A model generated the notes under the pieces. It ran no database searches. It saw only the letters and a program-made list of their open reading frames with translations, and was not told where the DNA came from. From Burkholderiales bacterium (GTDB taxonomy: Bacteria; Pseudomonadota; Gammaproteobacteria; Burkholderiales; SG8-39), in contig DASSQD010000132.1 in the NCBI GenBank assembly GCA_035702665.1, forward strand, positions 1,748 to 65,747: 64,000 bases of DNA. Reading direction: 5' to 3'. A program made the translations under genes and the position numbers. Below are positions 41,213 through 50,423 of the stretch, in pieces (position 1 is the stretch's first letter; each line of letters starts with the position of its first letter).

Positions 41213-42091
41213 CTACGCGGCGAGCGAGATTACCGAATCCTCGTACTTCCCCGGGCCCATGTCGCCTTCGGCGAAGATCTTGCGCTCGGCGATCCACTTG
41301 AAGGACTCGTCGAACACCTCCTTCGTGTAAGGCTCGAACACGATGCGCTCGCCGGGACCCCAGCGGCGGGTGTCCATCTGCTCTACGAAGCGCGCGGGAA
41401 ACTCGTTCTTGTAGTAGTGCGTGTACAGCTCGGGACGCAGGTCGATGTCGCGCTGCGCGCGCCGCAGCGCGCGGAAGTACTTGCGCAGGTCCTCCTTCTC
41501 CGGATCGCCCGAGATCGACGTGGCCATCATGAACGTCGTGTCGATCACCTTGCGGAAGCCGAGCTGCTCGAGGAAATAGTACGGCCCGCTGAAGAGCGAC
41601 GCGGCCGGCACCTTCCGGTCGATCAGCTTCTCCAGCCGCGAGAACAGCAGCCCGTCGGCGAAGGAGAGCTTGATGTCGTCGAGCGCGAGATATTGCTCGA
41701 GGCCCTGGATGGTCGAATAGTGGCTGCCCGACTGGTAGCCGACCGAGATCGGGACGCCCTTCAGCTGGCTGGGATGCTTGATGTCGGATTCCGGCGGGAC
41801 GAACACGCCGCAGGGCGCGACCGAATAGGCGTCGGCGTAGAGCTTGCCGTGGCCCGTCGACGCCGCGATGTTGACAGTCCAGTGGCAGGCGCCGCTGACG
41901 TCGCAGGCGCGGCCTTGCTCGATGCTCTGGTAGGCGCCGATCTTGTTCGCAGTGGCATGCTTCTTCGCCGCGTCGCCCGGGCCGTAGTTGTCGCGGAATT
42001 CGTAGTCGAGGCCCTCGGCCTTGAAGTAGCCCTTTTCCTCGGCCACCCATTCCTGCAACCTGAAGTGCGGGGAGATCACGAATTTCGACAT
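41213..42091 (-). CDS. cytoplasmic NMT1/THI5-like (PBP-fold) protein, paralogue B
   Basis: 292 aa with no signal peptide. Paralogue of 39263..40162. Its stop is 1 nt from the convergent dioxygenase stop. Confidence 0.7.
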   Translation of the reverse strand: MSKFVISPHFRLQEWVAEEKGYFKAEGLDYEFRDNYGPGDAAKKHATANKIGAYQSIEQGRACDVSGACHWTVNIAASTGHGKLYADAYSVAPCGVFVPPESDIKHPSQLKGVPISVGYQSGSHYSTIQGLEQYLALDDIKLSFADGLLFSRLEKLIDRKVPAASLFSGPYYFLEQLGFRKVIDTTFMMATSISGDPEKEDLRKYFRALRRAQRDIDLRPELYTHYYKNEFPARFVEQMDTRRWGPGERIVFEPYTKEVFDESFKWIAERKIFAEGDMGPGKYEDSVISLAA

Positions 42092-42203
42092 CGACGGCTC
42101 CTGAAAGGGAATCTGCAGCGTGGAAATCTACTCCGAGGGGGACGGGAATGCAAAGCCGTGGGACCGGTCCCACCGGTAAGGCGCGCCCTGTAAGATAGGC
42201 GCC

Positions 42204-42869
42204 ATGGAATTTCTGGTCGACGGTGCGGCACTCCGCATCGAGATTGCACAACTCGTCATCGCCGGCTGGACCGGTCGCGATGAGGCCGCGGTCGAGAAGC
42301 ACATCGCGGAGCTCGAGGCGATCGGCGTGAAGCGTCCGCGCACGGTGCCGGTGTTCTACCGGGTCGCGGCGGGCCTTCTGACGACCTCGCGCGAAGTCGA
42401 AGTCGTCGGCGAGCATTCGAGCGGCGAGGTCGAGTTCGTTCTCGTCTCCGCGCCGGATGCGCTCTACGTGGGAGTCGGGTCCGATCACACCGACAGGAAA
42501 GTCGAGGTCTACGGCGTTACGGTATCCAAGCAGATGTGCCCGAAGCCGCTCGGCGCGGAGCTGTGGCCCTTCGCCGAGGTCGACGCCCACTGGGACCGGC
42601 TGGTGCTCCGCTCGCACGTGACCCGCGACGGCGAGCGCAGGCTGTACCAGGAAGGCGCGGTAAGCAAGATGCTCGCCCCGCGCGAGCTGCTCGGGCGCTT
42701 CTCGGGCTCCGCGCTGCTCGCTCCGGGCACCGCGATGTTCTGCGGAACGCTCGCGGTGCGTGGCGACATCGGCGGAGGCGAACGCTTCGAGATCGAGCTT
42801 CACGACCCGGTGAAGAACCGCAGCCTCAGGCACGAGTACGCGGTCCGCGAGCTCGCGATCGCGGACTGA
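42204..42869 (+). CDS. DUF2848-like protein (FAH-related fold)
   Basis: 221 aa. VIAGWTGRDEAAVEKHIAELEAIGV near the N-terminus is what I recall as the DUF2848 signature. Confidence 0.6.
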   Translation: MEFLVDGAALRIEIAQLVIAGWTGRDEAAVEKHIAELEAIGVKRPRTVPVFYRVAAGLLTTSREVEVVGEHSSGEVEFVLVSAPDALYVGVGSDHTDRKVEVYGVTVSKQMCPKPLGAELWPFAEVDAHWDRLVLRSHVTRDGERRLYQEGAVSKMLAPRELLGRFSGSALLAPGTAMFCGTLAVRGDIGGGERFEIELHDPVKNRSLRHEYAVRELAIAD

Positions 42870-42880
42870 AAGGAGAAATC

Positions 42881-43270
42881 ATGGCCATCCGCAAGGAGCA
42901 CACCGAGTTCCACAAGATCGACCTCGACCGCGGCTGGGAAAAGCTGCCCGGCTACCCCGATGGGATCCGCCAGCAGGTGCTCGCCGGCTTCCTCGACGAA
43001 AAGGACAGGCGCGGCTTCCGCACGCGCCACCTGCGGTTCGCGCCGGGTGTCTATACGACCGAGCCCTTCGTCCACGAGTACTGGGAGGAGGTCTACGTGG
43101 TGTCGGGGGATCTGATCGTCGGCAGCGACAGGAACGGGAAGGGCGGGACGCGTTTCGGCCCCAACACCTACGCGTGCCGTCCGCCGGGCACGCCGCACGG
43201 GCCCTTCAGATCGGAAACCGGCTGCCTGCTGCTCGAGATGCACTACTACGACGCGGAAGTGAAGGCGTAG
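42881..43270 (+). CDS. cupin-domain protein
   Basis: 129 aa from the ATG after AAAGGAGAA (tail of track ORF 42536..43270). Cupin-like HEYWEEVYVVSGDL ... PPGTPHGPF. Confidence 0.7.
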   Translation: MAIRKEHTEFHKIDLDRGWEKLPGYPDGIRQQVLAGFLDEKDRRGFRTRHLRFAPGVYTTEPFVHEYWEEVYVVSGDLIVGSDRNGKGGTRFGPNTYACRPPGTPHGPFRSETGCLLLEMHYYDAEVKA

Positions 43271-44649
43271 TGGCCGGCGCGCCCATCCCGATCGCGGCGC
43301 TCGCGCGATCGCTCGCCGAAGGCAAAGCCACCAGCCGCGGGCTGGTCGAGGCGGCGCTCGCCCGAATCGCCGATGCGAACGGCGAGGGCGGCCGCGCCTT
43401 CACCAAGGTGCATGCGCAGAGCGCGCTGCTCGCGGCCGACGAGTCCGACCGCCTGCGCAGGGAGGGCGTCGTGCCTTCCCCGCTCGCCGGACTGCCGGTG
43501 TCGGTGAAGGACCTCTTCGATATCGCCGGCGACGTCACCACCGCCGGCTCTAAGGTCCTGCGCGAGCGGCCGCCGGCCTCGGGCGACGCGCCCGCGGTCG
43601 CGCGACTGCGCGCCTCGGGCGCGGTCGTCATCGGCCGCAGCAACATGACCGAATTCGCCTTCTCCGGAATCGGCATCAACCCGCACTACGGCACTCCCGC
43701 GAATCCCTACGACCGCGGAGCGCGCCGCATACCGGGCGGGTCCTCGTCGGGCGCCGCGGTATCGGTCTCCGACGGAATGGCGGCGTTCGCGCTGGGAACG
43801 GACACCGGCGGCTCGGTGCGCATTCCCGCGGCCCTGTGCGGCGTCACCGGGTTCAAGGCGACCACCGCGCGCGTTCCCCGCGAGGGCGCGTTTCCGCTCT
43901 CGACGACCCTGGATTCGGTGGGACCGCTCGCGCCGACGGCGGCGTGCTGCGCGACGGTCTTCCAGGTGCTCGCGGGGGAGACGCCGCGGGCGCTCGAGCC
44001 GCTTGCGCTCTCCGGAGCGCGCTTGGGCGTCCCGAAGAATCACATGCTCGACGACCTCGATCCCGAGGTGTCGGAGGCGTTCCAGTCGGCCCTGCAGCGC
44101 CTGTCGCGCCGCGGCGCGAAGATCGTGGATCTCGCCGTGCCCGAATTCGACGAAGCGGCGAAGGCGAACGCCGGCGGGGGAATCTCCCCGCCCGAGGCCT
44201 ACGCCGTGCACCGCGGATGGATCCACCGCGAGCAGGAGATCGATCCGCGGGTCCTGGAGCGCATCCTGCGCGGAGCATCGATGAGCGCGCCCGACTACGT
44301 CGATCTGCTCGCGACGCGCGGGCGGCTGATGAAGCGTTTCGCTCGCGCCAGCTACGACGTCGACGCCCTGATCATGCCGACGGTGCCGCGCATCGCGCCC
44401 GTGATCGAGGGCCTGGAGCGCAGCGCGGAGAGCTTCCGCATCGCGAACGGAAAGATGTTGCGCAACACCAGCCTCATCAACTTCCTGGACGGCTGCGCGC
44501 TCTCGCTCCCGATCCAGCAGCCCCGGGCGGCGCCGGTGGGCCTGATGGTGGTGGGATTCGCGGGAGAAGACGAGCGCGTGCTTTCCGCAGGTCTCGCTAT
44601 CGAAGCGGCGCTGGCATATCAGGGCCCGGTCCTTGTGGGATCTCCATGA
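43270..44649 (+). CDS. amidase (amidase-signature family)
   Basis: 459 aa. GTG 43270 shares its first G with the cupin TAG stop. Catalytic Lys region PVSVKDLFDIAG and signature GGSSSGAAVSV...GTDTGGSVRIPA. Confidence 0.85.
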   Translation: MAGAPIPIAALARSLAEGKATSRGLVEAALARIADANGEGGRAFTKVHAQSALLAADESDRLRREGVVPSPLAGLPVSVKDLFDIAGDVTTAGSKVLRERPPASGDAPAVARLRASGAVVIGRSNMTEFAFSGIGINPHYGTPANPYDRGARRIPGGSSSGAAVSVSDGMAAFALGTDTGGSVRIPAALCGVTGFKATTARVPREGAFPLSTTLDSVGPLAPTAACCATVFQVLAGETPRALEPLALSGARLGVPKNHMLDDLDPEVSEAFQSALQRLSRRGAKIVDLAVPEFDEAAKANAGGGISPPEAYAVHRGWIHREQEIDPRVLERILRGASMSAPDYVDLLATRGRLMKRFARASYDVDALIMPTVPRIAPVIEGLERSAESFRIANGKMLRNTSLINFLDGCALSLPIQQPRAAPVGLMVVGFAGEDERVLSAGLAIEAALAYQGPVLVGSP

Positions 44650-44730
44650 ACTATTCTGCATCGTCGCGCGCCTAGACACCGCGCCGACACAGTTGCTAGA
44701 CTGGCCCGAATCGAACGGAGGAGGGCGATC

Positions 44731-45900
44731 ATGAGGAAAATCTTTCTGACGGCGGGTATCGCGGCCGCGCTTTTCGCCGGGCCGGCGGCTGCGCAGCACA
44801 AGGTCAAGATCGGCTTCATCACCACCCTGTCGGGGCCGCAGGGCGTCATCGGCGAGTACATGAAGAACTCGGTCGAGCTCGCGCTCGACCACCTCGGGCG
44901 CAAGATGGCCGGGCTCGACGTCGAGGTCTTCTACGGCGACGACCAGGTGAAGCCCGACGTGGGTAAGCAGGTCGCCGAGGAAATGCTGAAGAAGCAGCAG
45001 GTCGATTTCGTCGCGGGCATCATCTGGTCGAACGTCATGCTCGCGGTCGCGCCGACTGTCACCGAGGCGGGCAAGATCATGGTCGGCACCAACGCCGGAC
45101 CGCACGAGCTCGCCGGGAAGCAGTGCAACGAGCTGTTCTTCACCACCTCCTGGCAGAACGACGACACGCCCGAGGCGATGGGCAAGGTGATGCAGGACCA
45201 GGGCATCACCGACGTCTACCTGATGGCCCCGAACTACGCCGCCGGCAAGGACATGCTGAACGGCTTCAAGCGCTCCTACAAGGGGCGGATCGTCGACGAG
45301 GTGTACACGCGCCTGGGGCAGACCGACTATCAGGCCGAGCTGTCGCAGCTGCGCGCGAAGAATCCCAAGGCGGTGTTCGTGTTCTACCCCGGCGGAATGG
45401 GGATCTCCTTCCTGCGCCAGTACTCCGAGGCGGGCCTGCGCGGCCAGTTCCCGCTGTACTCGGTATACACGGTGGACGAGATCTCCATCGCGGCGCTGAA
45501 GCACGCGGCGCTCGGCCAGTACGAGACGCGCTACTGGAGCCCGGACCTGAAGAACCCGGCGAACCAGAAATACGTGTCCGACTACCGTAAGAAATACGGC
45601 AAGATGCCGGTGTTCTACGGAGCGCAGAGCTACGACGGCATCATGCTCATCGACTCCGCCGTGCGCGCGGTCAAGGGCAACCTGGCGGACACGAAAGGCA
45701 TGGTCGCCGCGATGAAAAAAGCGGACTTCGCCTCGACGCGAGGCAAGTTCGTCTACAACACCAACCATTTCCCCATACAGAATTTCTACCTCCTGAAGAC
45801 GGTGACCGGGCCCGCCGGGCAGGACCCGGTCATGGAGGTACAGAAGACGGTGTTCACCAACCACAAGGATTCCTACTCCAAGGAATGCGCGATGAAGTAG
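44731..45900 (+). CDS. ABC transporter substrate-binding protein (Leu/Ile/Val-binding, LivK-like family)
   Basis: 389 aa, signal peptide MRKIFLTAGIAAALFAGPAAA, type I PBP family features. Confidence 0.85.
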   Translation: MRKIFLTAGIAAALFAGPAAAQHKVKIGFITTLSGPQGVIGEYMKNSVELALDHLGRKMAGLDVEVFYGDDQVKPDVGKQVAEEMLKKQQVDFVAGIIWSNVMLAVAPTVTEAGKIMVGTNAGPHELAGKQCNELFFTTSWQNDDTPEAMGKVMQDQGITDVYLMAPNYAAGKDMLNGFKRSYKGRIVDEVYTRLGQTDYQAELSQLRAKNPKAVFVFYPGGMGISFLRQYSEAGLRGQFPLYSVYTVDEISIAALKHAALGQYETRYWSPDLKNPANQKYVSDYRKKYGKMPVFYGAQSYDGIMLIDSAVRAVKGNLADTKGMVAAMKKADFASTRGKFVYNTNHFPIQNFYLLKTVTGPAGQDPVMEVQKTVFTNHKDSYSKECAMK

Positions 45901-45928
45901 CGGCGGCGCGGATCGCATCGAAGCTGCG

Positions 45929-45956
45929 GGGCGCGGAACGATCCGCGCCCTTTTTT
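45929..45956 (+). terminator. intrinsic terminator/attenuator between the binding-protein and permease genes
   Basis: 9-bp stem GGGCGCGGA-acga-TCCGCGCCC followed by TTTTTT (45951-45956). Confidence 0.7.
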
Positions 45957-45969
45957 CGTTCATGAAGCC

Positions 45970-46890
45970 GTGAATCTCTTCCTCGTCCTCGAGCAGGCGC
46001 TCAACGGGCTGCAGCTCGGGGTGACGCTGTTCCTGATGGCGGCCGGGCTCACGCTGGTGTTCGGCATCATGAACCTGGTGAACCTCGCCCACGGATCGTT
46101 CTACATGGTCGGCGCCTATCTCGCCGCCTATTTCTACCAGGCGACGGGATCCTGGGCGCTCGGGGTGCTGCTCGGCCTCGCCGGAACGCTGGCGGTCGGG
46201 ATCGCGGTCGAGGTGGTGGCGCTGCGCACGCTCTACGAGCGCGATCACCTGGACCAGGTGCTGGCCACCTTCGGCCTGATCCTCTTCTTCAACGAGCTCG
46301 CCGCGATGATCTGGGGCCGGGCCGCGCTGTATACGAACATCCCCGACTACCTGTCGGGGCACGTCGACCTCCTGCCGGGCCTGCGCTATCCGCTGTACCG
46401 CCTGATCATCATCGCCGTCGGTCTCGCCGTCGCGGGCCTCCTGTGGTTCACGGTGGCGCGCACGCGCCTGGGAATGCTGGTCCGCGCGGGCGCCTCGAAC
46501 CGCGCAATGGTGGCCGCGCTCGGGGTCAACATCCGCATGCTGTACACGATCGTCTTCGGGCTCGGCGCCGCGCTCGCCGGGCTCGCGGGCCTCATGGCGG
46601 GACCGATCTACGTCGTGCAGCCGGGGATGGGCGAGCTGATCCTCATCGAGGTCTTCGTGGTGATCGTGATCGGAGGCATCGGCTCGGTCCGCGGCGCCTT
46701 GGCCGGGGCGGTGATCGTCGGCGTGGTCGACACGCTCGGGCGCGCGTTCCTGAAGCCCACCCTCGCGACGGTGATCTCGCCCGCGGCGGCCGACGCCGCC
46801 GGGCCGGCGCTTGCGTCGATGCTCATCTATCTACTGATGGCTGCGGTGCTGGCGCTCAAACCGCAGGGCCTGTTTCCGGCACGCCTGTGA
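45970..46890 (+). CDS. branched-chain amino acid-type ABC permease (LivH-like)
   Basis: 306 aa with multiple TM helices. LNGLQLGVTLFLMAAGLTLVFGIMNLVNLAHG is typical of LivH. Confidence 0.85.
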   Translation: MNLFLVLEQALNGLQLGVTLFLMAAGLTLVFGIMNLVNLAHGSFYMVGAYLAAYFYQATGSWALGVLLGLAGTLAVGIAVEVVALRTLYERDHLDQVLATFGLILFFNELAAMIWGRAALYTNIPDYLSGHVDLLPGLRYPLYRLIIIAVGLAVAGLLWFTVARTRLGMLVRAGASNRAMVAALGVNIRMLYTIVFGLGAALAGLAGLMAGPIYVVQPGMGELILIEVFVVIVIGGIGSVRGALAGAVIVGVVDTLGRAFLKPTLATVISPAAADAAGPALASMLIYLLMAAVLALKPQGLFPARL

Positions 46891-47822
46891 ACTCCCGAAG
46901 CCGCGCAATCGCCCTCGGTTTCGGCCTGCTGCTTCTCGCAGCGGTGCCACCGGTCGCCTCGCTCCTCAACCAGCCTTTCTACCTGGACCTCGTGCGCCGC
47001 ATCATGATCTTCGCGATCGCGGCCGCGAGCCTGAATCTGATCCTCGGCTACGGCGGCATGGTCTCCTTCGGTCACGCGGCCTATCTCGGAATCGGAGGCT
47101 ACGCGGTCGGCGTGCTCGCGCACTACGGCGTCTACGACGGTTTCCTCCAGTGGTCGCTCGCGATCGGGGCCTCCGCGGCGGTGGCGCTGGTGATCGGCGC
47201 GGTGTCGATCCGCACGAGCGGCGTCTACTTCATCATGATCACGCTGGCGTTCACGCAGATGCTTTACTACCTGGGCATCTCGATCGAGGAATTCGGCGGC
47301 GACGATGGCATGCGCCTGCCGTCGAGGAGCCGTTTCCCGGGGCTCGATCTGGGCGATTCCGGCACCTTCTACTATCTGGTGCTGGCGATCCTCGTGCTGG
47401 TGCTCGTTCTCGGACATCGCCTGGTGAACTCGCGCTTCGGCATGGCGATCCGGGCGGCGAAGTCGAACGAGGCGCGCACGCGCGCCGTCGGCATCTCGCC
47501 GTATCCCTACCGTCTGGCGGCCTTCGTCGTCGCGGGCGCGGTGTGCGGGCTGGCCGGCGCGCTGCTGGTGAACCACACCGCCTACCTCACTCCCGAGATC
47601 ATGAACTGGACGCGCTCGGGCGAGCTGATGTTCATGGTGATTCTCGGCGGCATGGGCAGCATCGTCGGGCCGGTGCTGGGCGCTTTCGCCCTTCTCGTTC
47701 TCGAAGACCTGCTGTCGGGCTGGACGCAGCACTGGCAGATCATCCTCGGGCCCTTGCTCGTGCTCTCGGTGCTGTTCCTCCGCCGCGGCCTCGCGGGCCT
47801 GATCGTGCGAAAAGATGAGTAG
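46887..47822 (+). CDS. branched-chain amino acid-type ABC permease (LivM-like)
   Basis: 311 aa from GTG 46887 (GTGA overlap with the LivH-like stop). NLILGYGGMVSFGHAAYLGIGGY motif. Confidence 0.85.
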   Translation: MNSRSRAIALGFGLLLLAAVPPVASLLNQPFYLDLVRRIMIFAIAAASLNLILGYGGMVSFGHAAYLGIGGYAVGVLAHYGVYDGFLQWSLAIGASAAVALVIGAVSIRTSGVYFIMITLAFTQMLYYLGISIEEFGGDDGMRLPSRSRFPGLDLGDSGTFYYLVLAILVLVLVLGHRLVNSRFGMAIRAAKSNEARTRAVGISPYPYRLAAFVVAGAVCGLAGALLVNHTAYLTPEIMNWTRSGELMFMVILGGMGSIVGPVLGAFALLVLEDLLSGWTQHWQIILGPLLVLSVLFLRRGLAGLIVRKDE

Positions 47823-48570
47823 CCCGATTCTCGAGGTGCGGGCTCTGACGAAGAGCTTCGGGGCGCTGCGCGCGAGCGACGGCGTCGATCTCGACGTGCG
47901 CGAAGGGGAGACCCACGCGATCATCGGCCCGAACGGCGCGGGGAAGAGCACGCTCATCGGGCAGCTCGCCGGCGATGTCCGCCCGGACAGTGGCAAGGTG
48001 CGCTTCGCCGGCGAGGACATCACGGCGCTGGCCGCGCCGCAGCGGGCGCACCGGGGCTTGGCGCGCTCGTTCCAGATCACGAGCGTCTACCCGGAGTGGT
48101 CGGCGCTCCAGAACGTGATGCTCGCGGTGCAGGCGCGCGCGGGGCACAGCTTCCGCTTCTGGAAGCAGGCGCGGGACGAGGCGGCGTTGCGCGCGCCGGC
48201 GCAGGCGGTCCTGGAAAGCATCGGGCTCGCCGCACGCGCCGGCGTGCTCGCCGCCAATCTGGCGCACGGCGAGCAGCGCCAGCTCGAGATCGCGATGGCG
48301 CTCGCTTCCAGCCCGCGGCTGCTGCTGCTCGACGAGCCGGTGGCAGGCATGGGCGCCGAGGAGACCCAGCGCATGATCGCCTTTCTCGGCACGCTCAAGG
48401 GAGGCAAGACCATCATCCTGGTCGAGCACGACATGGATGCGGTGTTCTCGCTCGCCGACCGCGTCTCGGTTCTCGTCTACGGACGCATCATCGCGACGGG
48501 GTCTCCCGCGGCGATCCGCGCCAATCCCGAGGTGCGGCGCGCGTATCTCGGCGAGGAGGTCCCGGCGTGA
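47815..48570 (+). CDS. ABC transporter ATP-binding protein (LivG-like)
   Basis: 251 aa. Walker A GPNGAGKST, signature region (HGEQRQLE), Walker B LLLLDEP. Confidence 0.9.
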   Translation: MSSPILEVRALTKSFGALRASDGVDLDVREGETHAIIGPNGAGKSTLIGQLAGDVRPDSGKVRFAGEDITALAAPQRAHRGLARSFQITSVYPEWSALQNVMLAVQARAGHSFRFWKQARDEAALRAPAQAVLESIGLAARAGVLAANLAHGEQRQLEIAMALASSPRLLLLDEPVAGMGAEETQRMIAFLGTLKGGKTIILVEHDMDAVFSLADRVSVLVYGRIIATGSPAAIRANPEVRRAYLGEEVPA

Positions 48571-49268
48571 CGCTGGAAGTCGAAGGACTCGAGACGGCCT
48601 ACGGGCGCAGCCAAGTGCTGTTCGGCGTTTCGCTCGCGGTGCGCACGGGCGAGGTCGCGACGCTGCTCGGGCGCAACGGCATGGGCAAGACGACCACCGT
48701 CCGCTCGATCATGGGCATGACGCGCAGCCGCGCCGGAACGATACGGTTCGAGGGCGAGCTGCTGCACGGCCTGCCCTCGTATCGCGTCGCCCAGGCGGGG
48801 CTGGGCCTCGTTCCCGAGGGGCGGCAGGTCTTCCCCAACCTCACCGTGCGCGAGAACCTCGTCGCGACCGCCGCCAGGCGATCGCGCTCGGCGCCGTGGA
48901 CCCTCGCGAGCGTGTACGCGCTCTTCCCGCAGCTCGCCGAGCGGGAGGGCAACCTCGGCAGCCAGCTTTCGGGCGGGGAGCAGCAGATGCTCGCCATCGG
49001 TCGCGCGCTCATGACCAACCCGCGCCTGCTGATTCTCGACGAGGCGACCGAGGGCCTCGCCCCGCTCGTGTGCGCCGAGATCTATCGCGCGATCGGGAAC
49101 CTCAAGGCCTCCGGCCTTTCGATCCTCATCATCGACAAGGACCTGAGATCGCTCACGCGCATCGCGGACCGGCACCACGTCATCGAGAAGGGTCGCGTCG
49201 TGTGGACCGGCGACTCGCCCGAGCTCGCGCGGAGCCGCGAGGTGCAGCACCGCTACCTCGGCGTGTGA
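48567..49268 (+). CDS. ABC transporter ATP-binding protein (LivF-like)
   Basis: 233 aa from GTG 48567 (GTGA overlap). Walker A GRNGMGKTT, LSGGEQQML, LLILDEAT. Confidence 0.9.
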   Translation: MTLEVEGLETAYGRSQVLFGVSLAVRTGEVATLLGRNGMGKTTTVRSIMGMTRSRAGTIRFEGELLHGLPSYRVAQAGLGLVPEGRQVFPNLTVRENLVATAARRSRSAPWTLASVYALFPQLAEREGNLGSQLSGGEQQMLAIGRALMTNPRLLILDEATEGLAPLVCAEIYRAIGNLKASGLSILIIDKDLRSLTRIADRHHVIEKGRVVWTGDSPELARSREVQHRYLGV

Positions 49269-49280
49269 GCGCCGCTCTTC

Positions 49281-50054
49281 TTGCATTGGGCGCGCCGCAC
49301 CAGTAATCTCGCCCGCGTGCTGTCGGTCAGGAATCTCTCGAAATCCTTCTCGGGTCCGCGCGCGAAGAGCGTGCTGCACGACATCAGCCTGGAGCTCGGC
49401 GCGGGCGACTACATCGCGGTGATGGGCGAGTCGGGCATCGGGAAGTCCACGCTTCTCAACCTCATCGCCTGTCTCGACCGCCCCGATTCGGGAGAGGTGC
49501 TGCTCGACGGAGTGAACTTGAGCGCGCTCGGCGACGACGAGGCGACTCGCGTGCGGCGCAAGCACATGGGGTTCGTGTTCCAGGCTTTCCACGTCCTGCC
49601 CTACCTGACCGTGGCGCAGAACGTCGCACTTCCTCTCGTCCTGAACCGCGCGGCAGGCAAGGCGATGGGCGAGCGGGTCGCCTCGCTCCTCGACGCAGTC
49701 AAGCTCGGCGATCGCGGCGAGAGCCTGCCGCGCGAGCTCTCCGGCGGCGAGATGCAGCGCGTCGCGATCGCGCGCGCTCTCGTGCACAAGCCGCGGCTGG
49801 TGTTCGCCGACGAGCCGACGGGGAACCTCGATCCCGAAAGCGCGAAGGAGGTGTTGGCGCTGCTGCGAGAGTGCGTGAAGGGGGAGGGTGCTGCGGGAAT
49901 CCTCGTCACGCACTCGGAGGCCGCCGCGAAGACGGCGGACAGGACTTACGTGCTCACCGAGGCCGGATTGCGGGCGCAAGCCCGTCCCGGCCCCGGTCGC
50001 AGAGGGGATCGGCGAGGCGGCGTGACGGAGCGCCGGCGCTCTCCGCGTTCATGA
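49281..50054 (+). CDS. orphan ABC ATP-binding protein (LolD/MacB/YbbA-like)
   Basis: 257 aa; the real start is possibly GTG 49317. GESGIGKST, LSGGEMQRVAIARAL, LVFADEPT. Arg-rich ~30-aa tail. No cognate permease gene is adjacent. Confidence 0.8.
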   Translation: MHWARRTSNLARVLSVRNLSKSFSGPRAKSVLHDISLELGAGDYIAVMGESGIGKSTLLNLIACLDRPDSGEVLLDGVNLSALGDDEATRVRRKHMGFVFQAFHVLPYLTVAQNVALPLVLNRAAGKAMGERVASLLDAVKLGDRGESLPRELSGGEMQRVAIARALVHKPRLVFADEPTGNLDPESAKEVLALLRECVKGEGAAGILVTHSEAAAKTADRTYVLTEAGLRAQARPGPGRRGDRRGGVTERRRSPRS

Positions 50055-50090
50055 GAATATAATCGCGCCGTCAGGTCGACGATCCCACCC

Positions 50091-50423
50091 ATGAGCAAAC
50101 GACTTGCTTGTCTTGCCGCATTCGCCGCCGTGCTGTCCGGATGCGCGAGCACGACCAAGAGCGAAAACGTCAGGATCTACAGCCCGGCGGAGCTGAAGCA
50201 GGGCGACTACCAGAGCGTGGCGCGGATCTGGACGGATTCCTGGCGCACCGCCGCGTGGGTGCCGACGTACTCGTCGCGCGAGAAGGGCATTGCGGCGCTG
50301 AAGGACAGAGCCGCATCCCTCGACGCGAACGGCCTGATCAACGTGGATTGCTACGGAGACCGCGGGCTGTTCGGCGGTTCGGAAGCGTTCACCTGCTACG
50401 GGAAGGCGATCAAGGTCCCCTGA
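50091..50423 (+). CDS. small lipoprotein (unknown function)
   Basis: 110 aa, lipobox VLSGC. Confidence 0.6.
   Translation: MSKRLACLAAFAAVLSGCASTTKSENVRIYSPAELKQGDYQSVARIWTDSWRTAAWVPTYSSREKGIAALKDRAASLDANGLINVDCYGDRGLFGGSEAFTCYGKAIKVP

Noticed and set aside
43246-46362. 1038-aa minus-strand ORF, the longest in the track
   Set aside because: Antisense to the amidase, LivK-like and LivH-like genes, which all carry clear family motifs. Its translation is Arg/Gly/His/Asp-rich with no recognisable domain.
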